From Chlorokybus atmophyticus (lineage: Eukaryota > Plantae > Mesostigma and Chlorokybus algae), in assembly GCA_009103225.1 (NCBI GenBank), contig RHPI01000773.1, forward strand, positions 334,003 to 398,002: DNA of 64,000 bases, in the 5' to 3' direction. The notes beneath the pieces are model-generated. The model was not told where the DNA came from, searched no databases, and was given only the letters and a program-made list of their open reading frames with translations. Within the stretch, counting starts at the first letter, position 1, and the number at the start of each line of letters is the position of its first letter. Positions 25,054 through 34,583 of the stretch are shown piece by piece. A program made the position numbers and the translations under genes.

Positions 25054-28000
25054 TCAAACACGGATGCCAAGTCCTGCGCAACAAGTCTTGAACTTGAGCG
25101 GTGACAATGGCTTTGTCATGAAGTCCGCCAGCATGCCCTCAGTGTTGCAGTACTGGAACTCCACCTCCTTCCTTGTGACTCTGTCACGCACAAAGTGATG
25201 CATGACATCAATGTGCTTCGTCCTTGCTGAGGCGATAGGGTGCTTCAACAACTTGATGGCTCCTTGGTTGTCACAGTTGATGACGATGCACGCCATGGGG
25301 TGCTCCAAGTCTGCCATGAGCTTGCGAAGCCAGAGTGCCTCCTTCACTGCTGCTGCCGCTGCCATGTACTCAGCCTCTGATGTAGATGCTGCTGTTGTTG
25401 GCTGCAGCCTGCTGTTCCAGCTCACCACGCCTCCGTTCAGCTTGAAGACGTAGCCTGTAGTGGACCTCCTGCTGTTGAGGTCACCAGCAAAGTCCGAGTC
25501 GCAGTAGCCCTCCAACTCAGTGCTCCCGCTCCCAAACTTGATGCCAACTGTTGCGCTCCCAGCAACATAGCGTAGTACTCCCTTTGCTGCTCTCCAGTGC
25601 TCCATGCTCGGTGCAGACATGTAGCGAGCAAGTACTCCCACAGCATGTGCAACATCGGGACGTGTGCACACTGCCAGATAGAGCATGCTGCCTACCAGCT
25701 CACCATATGGATACTGAGCCTTGTCGAGTACCTCCTCATCCTTTGCCTTGATGAGGGCAGTGCCAAGTGCCAACGGTGTGGTCTTGGTCTTCGCTTCAGT
25801 GAGCCCAAACTTGGTGACGAGTCTTCTCACCATCTGCTCCTGACTGATCTTGATTGTGCGAGCCGCCCTGTCGCGCTCAATCACCATGCCAAGGAACCAC
25901 TTGGCCTCTCCAAGATCACGAACTGAGAATGCTTGCTGTAGAGCAAGTTTCGTCTCCTGCAGGTGGTGCACCTGCCTGGCGGTGATGATGATGTCATCAA
26001 CATACACGAGCAGCCAGACCTTGTTGTCTGCATGAATGAAGAGCCCAGGGTCTGCAAAGGATGCGGTGAAGCCAAGTGCCTCCAGCTCTTTGGTGAGCTT
26101 GATATGCCACATACGCGGTGCCTGTCGCAGCCCGTACAGTGCCTTGATCAGCTTGCACGCTGTGCCTCTCTCCCCTTCTTCATATCCAGGTGGTTGCTCG
26201 ATGAAGATCTCCTCCTCCAGCTCTCCGTAGAGGAAGGCAGTCTTCACATCCAGGTGATGCAGCTCTAGGTCTTCAGCAGCAACCATAGCTAGCAGTGCAC
26301 GGAAGGTGGTATGCTTACTTGCAGGTGCAAACACTTCGTTGAAGTCCACACCTTCCTGCTGCAAGAAGCCCTTTGCTACCAGTCTTGCCTTGTAGCGCTC
26401 AATGTTGCCCTGACCATCACGCTTCACCTTGAAGACCCATTTCACTGGAATGGTCTTCACTCCTTGCGGTAACTGCTCCAGTGACCAAGTGTTGTTGGCA
26501 TGGAGTGACGCAATCTCCTCGTCCATAGCACGCTGCCATTGCTCCGCATCTGGTGCTAACAATGCCTCTTCGTAGGTGCTTGGCTCCTCATTCTGCACAC
26601 TGGCGACGTGTGCCTTGTGTAAGAAGTTAGGTGCCTTTCTCTCCCTCACTGGGTATCTCCGAGCTGCGTGCTCCTGCTGTGGGTACGGCCCCTCTTGGCC
26701 TGCTACAACTGAGTCCTGCTCACCCTTGTTGTTGATGATGGCCTTGCCTGTAGCCTCCACTGTTTCAGGATGCTCCGGCTGTGCTTCATCCTTAGGAAAG
26801 AAGCCTGCTTCTGGTTGTGATAATCCCTCGTGGTAAACCACCTCTCTGCTCACAATGATCTTCTGAGTGTCCTCGATGCCCTTCTTGCTAACCGGCTCCA
26901 GCTTGTGCCTGAGCTGTTTAGGCACCAGTGCATATGCCGTGCATCCAAACACACGCATGCCACTCACATCTGGTGTGGCTCCATAGAAGTGCTCCCACGG
27001 AGTCTTCTGCTCTGAGCTCACCGGAGACCTGTTGCGGATGTAGTTGGCAGTGAGTACCGCCTCCTTCCACAAACTGTCTTCCATCTTTGTGTCGTTGAGC
27101 ATGGCTCGAACACGCTCCAGGAGTGTTCTGTTGAGGCGTTCAGCAGCTCCATTCTGCTGCGGGGTGTAGGGTGCAGTAGTTTCGTGGCGTATGCCCTTGC
27201 TGGCGAAGAACTCCTTCAACTCCTTGTTGATGTACTCCCCTCCTCGATCACTCCTCATTGCCTTCATCTTGTTGCCAGATTGGGTCTCCAACAAGGCCAC
27301 AACTGTGCGCACAGCTCCAGCAACTTCTGACTTCAGCGTCAACGGAAAGATGATGGACAGCTTGCTGTAGTCGTCGAGGAATGTAGCAAAGTACCTGGCC
27401 CCTCCCTTCGCCACAATGCGCATAGGGCCACAGACATCCATGTGCACAAGCTCGCAAGGATGCTGACTGCTAGAAGAGGATGATGGGAATGGCATAGCAT
27501 GCTGCTTTGCAACCAGGCATGGTTCACAAAGTGCACCTGATGCATTCTTGAGTTCTTCTGTGCTGAGATGGATGCCCTTGACCATCTTCTCAGCGACAAG
27601 GCGAGTGAGGTTGACGTAGCTGAGATGCCCGAACCTTCGATGCCACAATGTTGGCGACTCCTTGTTATTCACCACCATGGCTTGAATGTCTCTGTCTTGA
27701 GGCTGCTCCACGTGGTAGAGCCCTCCCGGATCAGCGATTCCAACCATGTGCACGACCCCATCAAGGATGACTGTGCAGCCACCCTTCCGAAATAGGATCT
27801 CCGCGCCTAAGCGCTCCGCAACCCTCACAGAGAATAGACTCGCAATAGCCTTAGGAACATGCAGGACGTTGCGTAACAACACCTCGCGTAGTGTGTTACC
27901 AACCTTGCACTGGAGTCGTACGTTGCCAACTCCCTCAGCCACCAGTACTTCGCCACCGAAGCCCGCCACCTTGATTGTGGACGTCAGCTTCCTGTAGCCC

Positions 28001-28899
28001 TCCATCACCTCCTTGTTTGGTGTGAGATGACGATCGCAGCCAGAGTCCACCACCCAGAAAACTGTGCTCGCCTTCAAACTGGATGCAGTGAAGGCGACAT
28101 GTTTCTCCTTGTGTTGGTGCTCGTTGCCGCTGTTGCTGGTGCTTGCTCTAGGTTGCCCCTGTTGTTTCTTCCTACAGTCCTTCATTATGTGCCCCTTCCA
28201 ACCACACCAGTGGCATGTGAGGTCTTTGTGACGAGGATTGCCTAACTTGTTGCCCTTGTACTTCTCTTCATGGTTGCTCTTCTTTGCGTGCTTGCCGGTG
28301 TAGAAGGCGACGGCATCAGCTTGCTCGTCCTTCTTCACAACCCTCTGCTCCACGGTGAGCAGCTTCGGTAGCACATCGTCCAACGTCAACTCCGATGATG
28401 ACGTCTCCAGCAGGGTTGCGACGACCTCGTACTCTGCTGGTAGCCCTGCAACAATGGCCAGCACTACCTCCGTCTCCCCCATGTTGTGGCCGACGTTGAT
28501 GAGGTCCGCCCACAGCTCTCTCGCGCGCGCAACATACTTCGTGATGGGTTCTGCTGCCTCCTTCCTGAGTGCGCTGAGCTGCTTGCGTAGATGCAACTTT
28601 CTGGCATTGTTCTTGGCTCTGAAAACGGCTGATAGCTTTTCCCAAGCTTGTCTACCATCTTCACATGCAGTGAGCATGGGAAAGTGATGCGGTTTGCTGT
28701 TCAACACAAGCAAAGAGTGTGCTTCTGCTGAATGCTCTGACCACACACTGTTCGCTCCTGGTGTTGGTGGTGGTGCTTTCGGATCAACGTACTTCCACAC
28801 CTTCTTGTGGATGAGCAAGGCCTTCATCTCCACGCACCATGTGTTGTAGTTGTCGGTGTCCAGCTTTGCAATCTGCCCCTTGTCGTAGGTCGCCTCCAT
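25054..28899 (-). CDS. Copia gag-pol polyprotein (gag, zinc knuckle, protease, integrase, RT, RNase H)
   Basis: Uninterrupted ORF with likely ATG at 28899 (MEATYDKGQI). Motifs CHWCGWKGHIMKDC, WVVDSGCDRHL, WHRRFGH...CEPC, HMDVCGP/RSDRGGEY/QNGAAERLNR, YKARLVAKGF, LLVYVDDII, YCDSDFAG, EAEY, CDNQGA. Confidence 0.97.
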   Translation of the reverse strand: MEATYDKGQIAKLDTDNYNTWCVEMKALLIHKKVWKYVDPKAPPPTPGANSVWSEHSAEAHSLLVLNSKPHHFPMLTACEDGRQAWEKLSAVFRAKNNARKLHLRKQLSALRKEAAEPITKYVARARELWADLINVGHNMGETEVVLAIVAGLPAEYEVVATLLETSSSELTLDDVLPKLLTVEQRVVKKDEQADAVAFYTGKHAKKSNHEEKYKGNKLGNPRHKDLTCHWCGWKGHIMKDCRKKQQGQPRASTSNSGNEHQHKEKHVAFTASSLKASTVFWVVDSGCDRHLTPNKEVMEGYRKLTSTIKVAGFGGEVLVAEGVGNVRLQCKVGNTLREVLLRNVLHVPKAIASLFSVRVAERLGAEILFRKGGCTVILDGVVHMVGIADPGGLYHVEQPQDRDIQAMVVNNKESPTLWHRRFGHLSYVNLTRLVAEKMVKGIHLSTEELKNASGALCEPCLVAKQHAMPFPSSSSSSQHPCELVHMDVCGPMRIVAKGGARYFATFLDDYSKLSIIFPLTLKSEVAGAVRTVVALLETQSGNKMKAMRSDRGGEYINKELKEFFASKGIRHETTAPYTPQQNGAAERLNRTLLERVRAMLNDTKMEDSLWKEAVLTANYIRNRSPVSSEQKTPWEHFYGATPDVSGMRVFGCTAYALVPKQLRHKLEPVSKKGIEDTQKIIVSREVVYHEGLSQPEAGFFPKDEAQPEHPETVEATGKAIINNKGEQDSVVAGQEGPYPQQEHAARRYPVRERKAPNFLHKAHVASVQNEEPSTYEEALLAPDAEQWQRAMDEEIASLHANNTWSLEQLPQGVKTIPVKWVFKVKRDGQGNIERYKARLVAKGFLQQEGVDFNEVFAPASKHTTFRALLAMVAAEDLELHHLDVKTAFLYGELEEEIFIEQPPGYEEGERGTACKLIKALYGLRQAPRMWHIKLTKELEALGFTASFADPGLFIHADNKVWLLVYVDDIIITARQVHHLQETKLALQQAFSVRDLGEAKWFLGMVIERDRAARTIKISQEQMVRRLVTKFGLTEAKTKTTPLALGTALIKAKDEEVLDKAQYPYGELVGSMLYLAVCTRPDVAHAVGVLARYMSAPSMEHWRAAKGVLRYVAGSATVGIKFGSGSTELEGYCDSDFAGDLNSRRSTTGYVFKLNGGVVSWNSRLQPTTAASTSEAEYMAAAAAVKEALWLRKLMADLEHPMACIVINCDNQGAIKLLKHPIASARTKHIDVMHHFVRDRVTRKEVEFQYCNTEGMLADFMTKPLSPLKFKTCCAGLGIRV

Positions 28900-29012
28900 T
28901 TCTGTCGAGCCTGCCTTTCTTGCAGTTGACACCCAAGGCTCTGCTACCAACAAGCTACCGTAGTGTAGAACTACTATGCACACAAGCTAGTCTCACACTC
29001 CTCAAGCGTAGT

Positions 29013-29026
29013 GTGGGCCCATAACC
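29013..29026 (-). other. Primer-binding site complementary to the anticodon arm (5' half) of tRNAi-Met
   Basis: The minus strand reads GGTTATGGGCCCAC immediately after the 5' LTR. This is complementary to GUGGGCCCAUAACC of plant/algal initiator tRNA, not to its 3' CCA end. Confidence 0.9.
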
Positions 29027-29451
29027 TGTTGAAGGACTAGCATGCACATGTAGTTGAGGCAAGCATGGACACACAGAGACAGAGCTACCGCCACCAGAGC
29101 ATACACAAGTCACATCACATTCATCTATTACAAGTTGTCCGCTGGTTCTTATACCAGCCAGTTACACACACGTCTACGTTTGCAAGCACTGCGTAAGCTA
29201 TACTCAGCCTTTTGACGCGCTCTAAGCTGTGTTGTCTTCCTTACAACCAGAGCTTTCCAACAAGCTCTTACACGCCCAATATGAGTAAGTATACGCGGAG
29301 ATACGAAGCAGTTAGTAAGGCTCCAGTCTGGAGTCCGGAGTCTGGTCCGACGATGCCATCTTGCTAAGTCCGGACCTAGTGCTCGTCCTTACGACCTTCT
29401 ACTCCTGTGTGGAGGGTCGATGCTGATCGTATGTAGGAATGACTCTCAACA
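29027..29451 (-). repeat. Copia 5' LTR
   Basis: Direct repeat of 24587-25011 with 3 transitions, followed by TSD AATCA. Confidence 0.97.
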
Positions 29452-31940
29452 AATCATCCTTGTCCTTAAGATGCTGTCGACGTACAGTGTCATGCATTGC
29501 AGGCAGGGTACAGCAGCACAGAAGTCCACACTGCCCCACAAGTCACCCAACCACCCATCAAAGCATCGGGCATATTTGGCGTTAGCTGCTTCCACAAGCT
29601 GCCTTCACGGATGCCGTTGGCAAAATCTGCAATTGGACATGTCATTGGACCCATGCATATTTGTGCAAATCTGGCCACCGATTTTGCAAAGCTCTTATCC
29701 GGTGATGGGAGTCGTGACAACATCAGCGCACGCCGCGATCTTAAAAAGCAGGGCAGGATGCCTGAGCTATGGCCCAAACGTATGATGCATCATCATGATG
29801 ACACATGCTATGCAGCAGAGCGCATGCGGGATGTGTTATGTCCTTGTAATTAATGCTAACAACATCACATGCAAATGAAGGTTGTTCACACAAGGATGAT
29901 GAAAAGGTTAAGTTTACAAACCTGCCCAGAGCACCATGGGTGATTGACACACATGATCTGGATGAGTTGATAGACGCGGTAAAGGTTCCGAGCACTTCGG
30001 GAGCAAAGCTACAGTCATTCTCCAAAAATCTAGGTGAGTTGACAGCATAGGTTGTGCTTGTCTGTTCCCACCAGCATTGCCACATGACACAACAGCTTGC
30101 ATATTTTCTCGCAATGTGCAACCATATGCAAGGTCTATGAAGTCCCACGACAAGCACACCCTATGGTCTGTTGTTTTCCAGTACGTCTTTCGCTGTGCAC
30201 AAGGGATAGGAGCTGAGCACAAGGCCACCATAAACAAGCTTTGTGAAGTTCATCAACGACTCACGGCTTTGGCAGTTCAACAATCCCAACACGAAGAATT
30301 GCGTGTAAGTATGTCAGCAACCATGCCTTTAGGGTCTGCGTGTTGCATCTTGGCGCATGCATAGTTGATATCATTTGTCAAAGCAGTTGATGGTGTGGGA
30401 GGTGCAGTGCGAGGTGGAGCTTTACTTCCCACGCACGTGTCTCACCAGCATGCTGCATTTATTGGGTCACTTGGCGGACCAATGCATGTGGTTGGGTCCT
30501 GTTCGAGACCACTGGGAGTGGGCTTATGAGAGGCTTATCAACTTTGTGAAAAAGAAGGGTTTGGCGCGCCATTGAAGCCAGCACTTGCAGGAGGTGAGTC
30601 ACTGACATACCTACATGAATGACAAAATGCATGCTAATGTCTGCTTGGGATTAAGTATGCCATCCACACAATGGTTAACACGCAGATGGATTACCTGAAG
30701 ACAATGTTCCCAACTATCACCTTGAGGTTAGGAAAGCAGCGGCAGGATGACGATTTTAGACTGCTTGGTCAAAGCGTATCGTGCGGTTTGGAGCCAAGAG
30801 CAAGTTGCGCCAGCAGCTGGAGCACTGGCTGTTGGAGAATGACGAACAGTTCAACAAGCTGAAAAGGTGAGCTTGTGCATCTGCTTGCGAAAAGGAGTGT
30901 CGAGTTAAATATGCTGTGGATATTTAGCTTACATATAAATGTTGCAGAGAATTTGTAGCTTGGGAGGCGAAGCAGCGACAGCAAAACAGCACAGCCAAGA
31001 GGGCAGGCCAAGAAGCCAACAAGGAAAACCTCATTAATGATATTTGTAAATGGAGGCCAAATCGACCTCTGACCGATCATGAAGAGAGCTTTCTGAGATA
31101 TCCTAGCCAGCTGTCGCGTTATAAGCATGCCGTATATAAGGACATTGCCCAGTTCAGAGCAGAGAGTATGGAGTCGCGAATAGAGACCATGGATTGTGGA
31201 GTCTTTACCATTGGCTATGCTGAGTGTGCAAGCGCAGCAGAAGTAGTGACCTGGTACGGGCGCGTGCAGTCGTTTTGTATCGGAAAGGTACATTATATAC
31301 CAACAAATCGATCACAAAAGCACCAAGTCTTTTGTGGTCGAGCGGGCTGTGACACGTTTGATATGGTATGCATCGCCGGTATTGAGAATCAGTTGGTGAG
31401 AGCCAAGTGGTACAACCCTTCGGCTGTCAAGTTTCGTGACGGCTTCCCTTCGGTGGATCGGCGGAAGCCGTTTTACACAAAGTCAACTTACATCTCGTGT
31501 GATCAGGTGGGATGTGTGTGAAGCAAATTGCACAGTGCCTTTTTAATCTCAATCACTTAAATGTGCAACACATGACCAGGTTTGTGGGTAGTGGTTTGAA
31601 GGCGTATATTTAAAAAACAAACACGTCATTGCTGTGTTGACCAAAGACCGCCGAAGTATCATGCGCAGGGGGATCAAGCGCCCTCGTTTGGTAAGCACAT
31701 GCTGTACACGCACTGCAGCTTTTTTGACACAGGATAACACAATCATGTCGGTCTGATAGGGACCTGAAGAGTGCAGCGGGCAAAGGGATCGGTCGTGGTC
31801 CACGCTCCGCGCATGGCATTGGGAGTACAAAAGGTGTCCTCCTTGTTGTGCTGTGCTGTGCAACAACTTCTACCACACACACACTTTACGTATTTTGGTA
31901 GGGCGCAAGCTGACTTTAAAGCTGAAGCTGTCTTCTCAAG

Positions 31941-32300
31941 GATGAAGCTGAAGACTACTGCTTTGTTTGCAAAGATGGTGGTAATGTTGTCTGCTGCGAC
32001 AAGCCGCAGACAACATTACCACCTCAAGAGCTACTACCCCCGCTGCTTGGAACCACTGCAAAAAGACGAGGAGGCCGAATGGGAATGCCCAAAGCACATG
32101 TAGGCCAATTTTGACAAACTCACGTTGTGTGAACCTCATTACGTTGTTGATTGCAGCGTGCATTTTTCAATGCAGCTGCTACAACTGTGAGCTCCCGGCG
32201 GTGCAGCGCTGCGCATCTTGCCTCGGTCAGCTTTTGCAAAAAGCATTCAACTGGTCGCAAGAAACCCGTTACATGTATGCGCTGTGTGCTGCGTTGGAGG
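31941..32300 (+). pseudogene. PHD finger plus C5HCH-like zinc module (NSD/NERD-type) inside the CACTA element, frameshifted
   Basis: DEAEDYCFVCKDGGNVVCCDK [frameshift] ...YHLKSYYPRCL...EWECPKH | intron | CYNCELPAVQRCASC [frameshift] VSFCKKH. Confidence 0.8.
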
Positions 32301-32559
32301 AGGGTGGTGCATCTGTCAAGATGCCAAGGCGTCTGCCGAGGAATGAAGGGAAGGACTCCCTCGGAGGGCAGTCAATTGCAAGCGGATGAGAGTGATGCCC
32401 GCACGCAGGCACCTGCCCGCAGTGGACAAGGTGTGTATGTGTTATGTTTGCTTGCTGTCTGTGTACTTATGCATAGCCACATAGTCACTGTGACTATATG
32501 GCTATGCATAAGTACACAAACAGCAAGCAAACATAACACGGTGCTAACCAACAATGCGT

Positions 32560-33480
32560 GTGCGCAGAGGTTGACGCAGAGGCGATTAATATGGTTGCGA
32601 ATGAAGACATGGATGAGGCTCTGCGTAGCGAAGACAACAACTTGGGTGATGGCGGTGCTGAGGATATGGTGACTTCACGCGCGAGTGCAGGCCCTTTGGT
32701 GCTCGACACCTTTTACTATCCTGCAGCAAGTGATTCTCGGGTGCCAATTACTGAACACGACATTGCAATGCTGCAGCCCAGTGAATGGCTCAACGTTACC
32801 ATCATCGATTTTTACTGCAGGTAACTTAATTACATCTGATTTGGACAATAATTAACTAACACAGAATCACTATTTCATGCAATGGTAGGTACTTGAGACA
32901 AGAAGAATGTTTAGATAGGCGACGAGATCAAGTGGTCATGCTATCGCCCTTCTTTTACAGCTTAGCAGCTGAGAGCATCCAGCGTGTTGCGGGCTGGTTA
33001 TGGTTGCAGGACCCCTTCAGCTTCAACTACCTTGTGGCACCCGTCAACCAAAGGCAATCATTGTGTGCTCGTGAAGTCACAGTTTGCATGCCTTGCAGTG
33101 CGTGTGGAACATCTATTCATGACAGCAATTGTTGGCAGTGTGCATTGGTCGATGGTGATTGTGTGCAACCCTGGTGGTGAGCCTCTGCATCTTAACTCAA
33201 AGCCCGGATTTAATGTGAACGTGGATGGGCCGTTCAGGGCATGGCTGGAGTTCATGTGGCAGCGTGTGCGGCGTACAAGCCCTTGTGATCGCTTCTCACT
33301 GGTCAACATGCCATTAATAACACCCAAAGTGAGTGTCTGCACATTGTGCTGCGTTGCTACAAAAAGGGTTGCACTGACGAATGCAACCATTGGCGCAGGG
33401 GCCGCAACAGCTGAACGAATCAGACTGTGGTGTTTTTGCCTTGCGCAACATACAGTTATTTGCGCAAGCTGTTAGGGATG
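32560..33480 (+). pseudogene. Ulp1/SENP-like C48 cysteine protease domain inside the CACTA element
   Basis: Exons ITEHDIAMLQPSEWLNVTIIDFY, MLSPFFY, YLVAPVN, VHWSMVIV (catalytic His), LHLNS (Asp position reads Asn) and PQQLNESDCGVFAL (oxyanion Gln and catalytic Cys). Confidence 0.85.
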
Positions 33481-33816
33481 GTCATGTCTCACCCACGTCA
33501 CCTATTGTGCAACCGGTGAGGATACACTGACTTGCTTTGTTAGCAGCCATTCTCACTAACACTAGGTTGTTTTTGCAGATGCATCGCAGGTGGTTACTAG
33601 TGAGGGATGCCATTGAGAAGAGAGGAGCGATTGTGCAACTTCTGGAGAGGCTTAGAGCTGGAGGGTAGTTGAGTGCTTTGTCTCTAGTTGGCTAGATTTT
33701 TATGTTGTCATTGCCTGCATTGCTGGCTTTAACTAGAGGAACTTTGTGCAACCTAAATACAGAGTTTGTGTACTTCATTGCATGTAGGTGTAGCAGCAAT
33801 CAACTTGGTAATGCAG

Positions 33817-34045
33817 CCATAACATCTGGGACTTAAACCAATTCACACAACAGCACTGGGTGACAATATAACAAGTTGTGGAAGTAGCCACAACATTTGG
33901 GACTTAGCAAAAAACACACAACGACACTAGGCGTAAGGCTGGACACAGTTGTGGATGCGGTCATAAGATTTGGGACTCAGCAAGAAACACACAAAGACAC
34001 TGGGTGTAAGGCTGAACAAAGTAATGGATGCGGTCATAACATTAA
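33817..34045 (+). repeat. About 72-bp degenerate tandem repeat (3 copies) in the right arm of the CACTA element
   Basis: TGGGACT starts at 33827, 33898 and 33971, each followed by related ACACA...CACT(A/G)GG segments. Confidence 0.8.
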
Positions 34046-34565
34046 GAGCTAGGGCAAGTTATAAAAAAGCCAGTAACAGTTTATGCCTTGAGCGTGAATT
34101 TAATTCCGCATGGGGCGACAACTTGATTGGACCCTTTGCCAGCTTGTCAAATTAGACTGGAGCTGGTCCCAACTTGCTTAGGGATTAGAACAAAGCTGTG
34201 TTGTAGGATCATTGTTGCGGAGTTAACCAAGAGTATATTGTGACTCCAAAATTTTATCAAGTTCAAGTCACCATCTTGTTAGGGATTTTGATTATGGGTC
34301 ACAAAAGCTGCAGGAGGTCACAACTTTATTAGGGATTTATATGGTATAGAGCATTAACAGAGGTTGATGGCAGTTTGATCAAGACATAGCCACAACTTAA
34401 TTGTGGATCTATTCGAGAGGAGGTGCCAACGGAAAAGCGCTTTTGTGACAGGCACGAACCGTATTAGGGATGTAGCCATAAGTTAATTAGGGATCTTGCG
34501 GATCCCTAACAAACTTTGCACAAAATCACGAACAAAGTTGCGGATCTAGCCTGATTTGCCGAAAC

Positions 34566-34580
34566 CCATTTCTACCGGTG
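34566..34580 (-). repeat. Right TIR of the CACTA-type element
   Basis: CCATTTCTACCGGTG, followed by TSD CAT. Confidence 0.92.
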
Positions 34581-34583
34581 CAT

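Larger units (their letters stand above)
24587..29451 (-). mobile_element. Ty1/Copia LTR retrotransposon, full length (4,865 bp), young
   Basis: Two 425-bp LTRs (TGTTG...CAACA) differing at 3 positions. 5-bp TSD AATCA at 24582-24586 and 29452-29456. PBS, PPT and a single gag-pol ORF are present. Confidence 0.98.
23790..31700 (+). pseudogene. CACTA TnpD/Tnp2 transposase, intron-containing, N-terminally truncated and frameshifted
   Basis: Motifs in family order: DYELWLVAVLVLTLP, LAAVIPGPKQP...YLEPIVDQLLKLWYG, YDAHKEEYFTCKV...(D/N)YP, GCAKC...RWLPLDHLYR, GPMHICAN...DNISARRDL, MKSHDKH, EVELYFPRTCLTSMLHLLGHLADQCMWLGPVRDHWEWAYER, TWYGRVQ...KWYN (DUF4216-like). Copia sits in the intron starting at 24557. 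Confidence 0.88.
20125..34580. mobile_element. EnSpm/CACTA-superfamily DNA transposon, 14,456 bp including the nested Copia; defective
   Basis: Perfect 15-bp TIRs CACCGGTAGAAATGG (20125-20139) and CCATTTCTACCGGTG (34566-34580). 3-bp TSD CAT at 20122-20124 and 34581-34583. Internal Tnp2/TnpD-type transposase motifs and subterminal repeats. Confidence 0.92.

Noticed and set aside
24980-25198. Short ORFs starting MLIVCRNDSQ at both LTR ends (also 29420..29785)
   Set aside because: They arise from the repeated LTR terminus. The useful frame at 29507 onward is a transposase exon.
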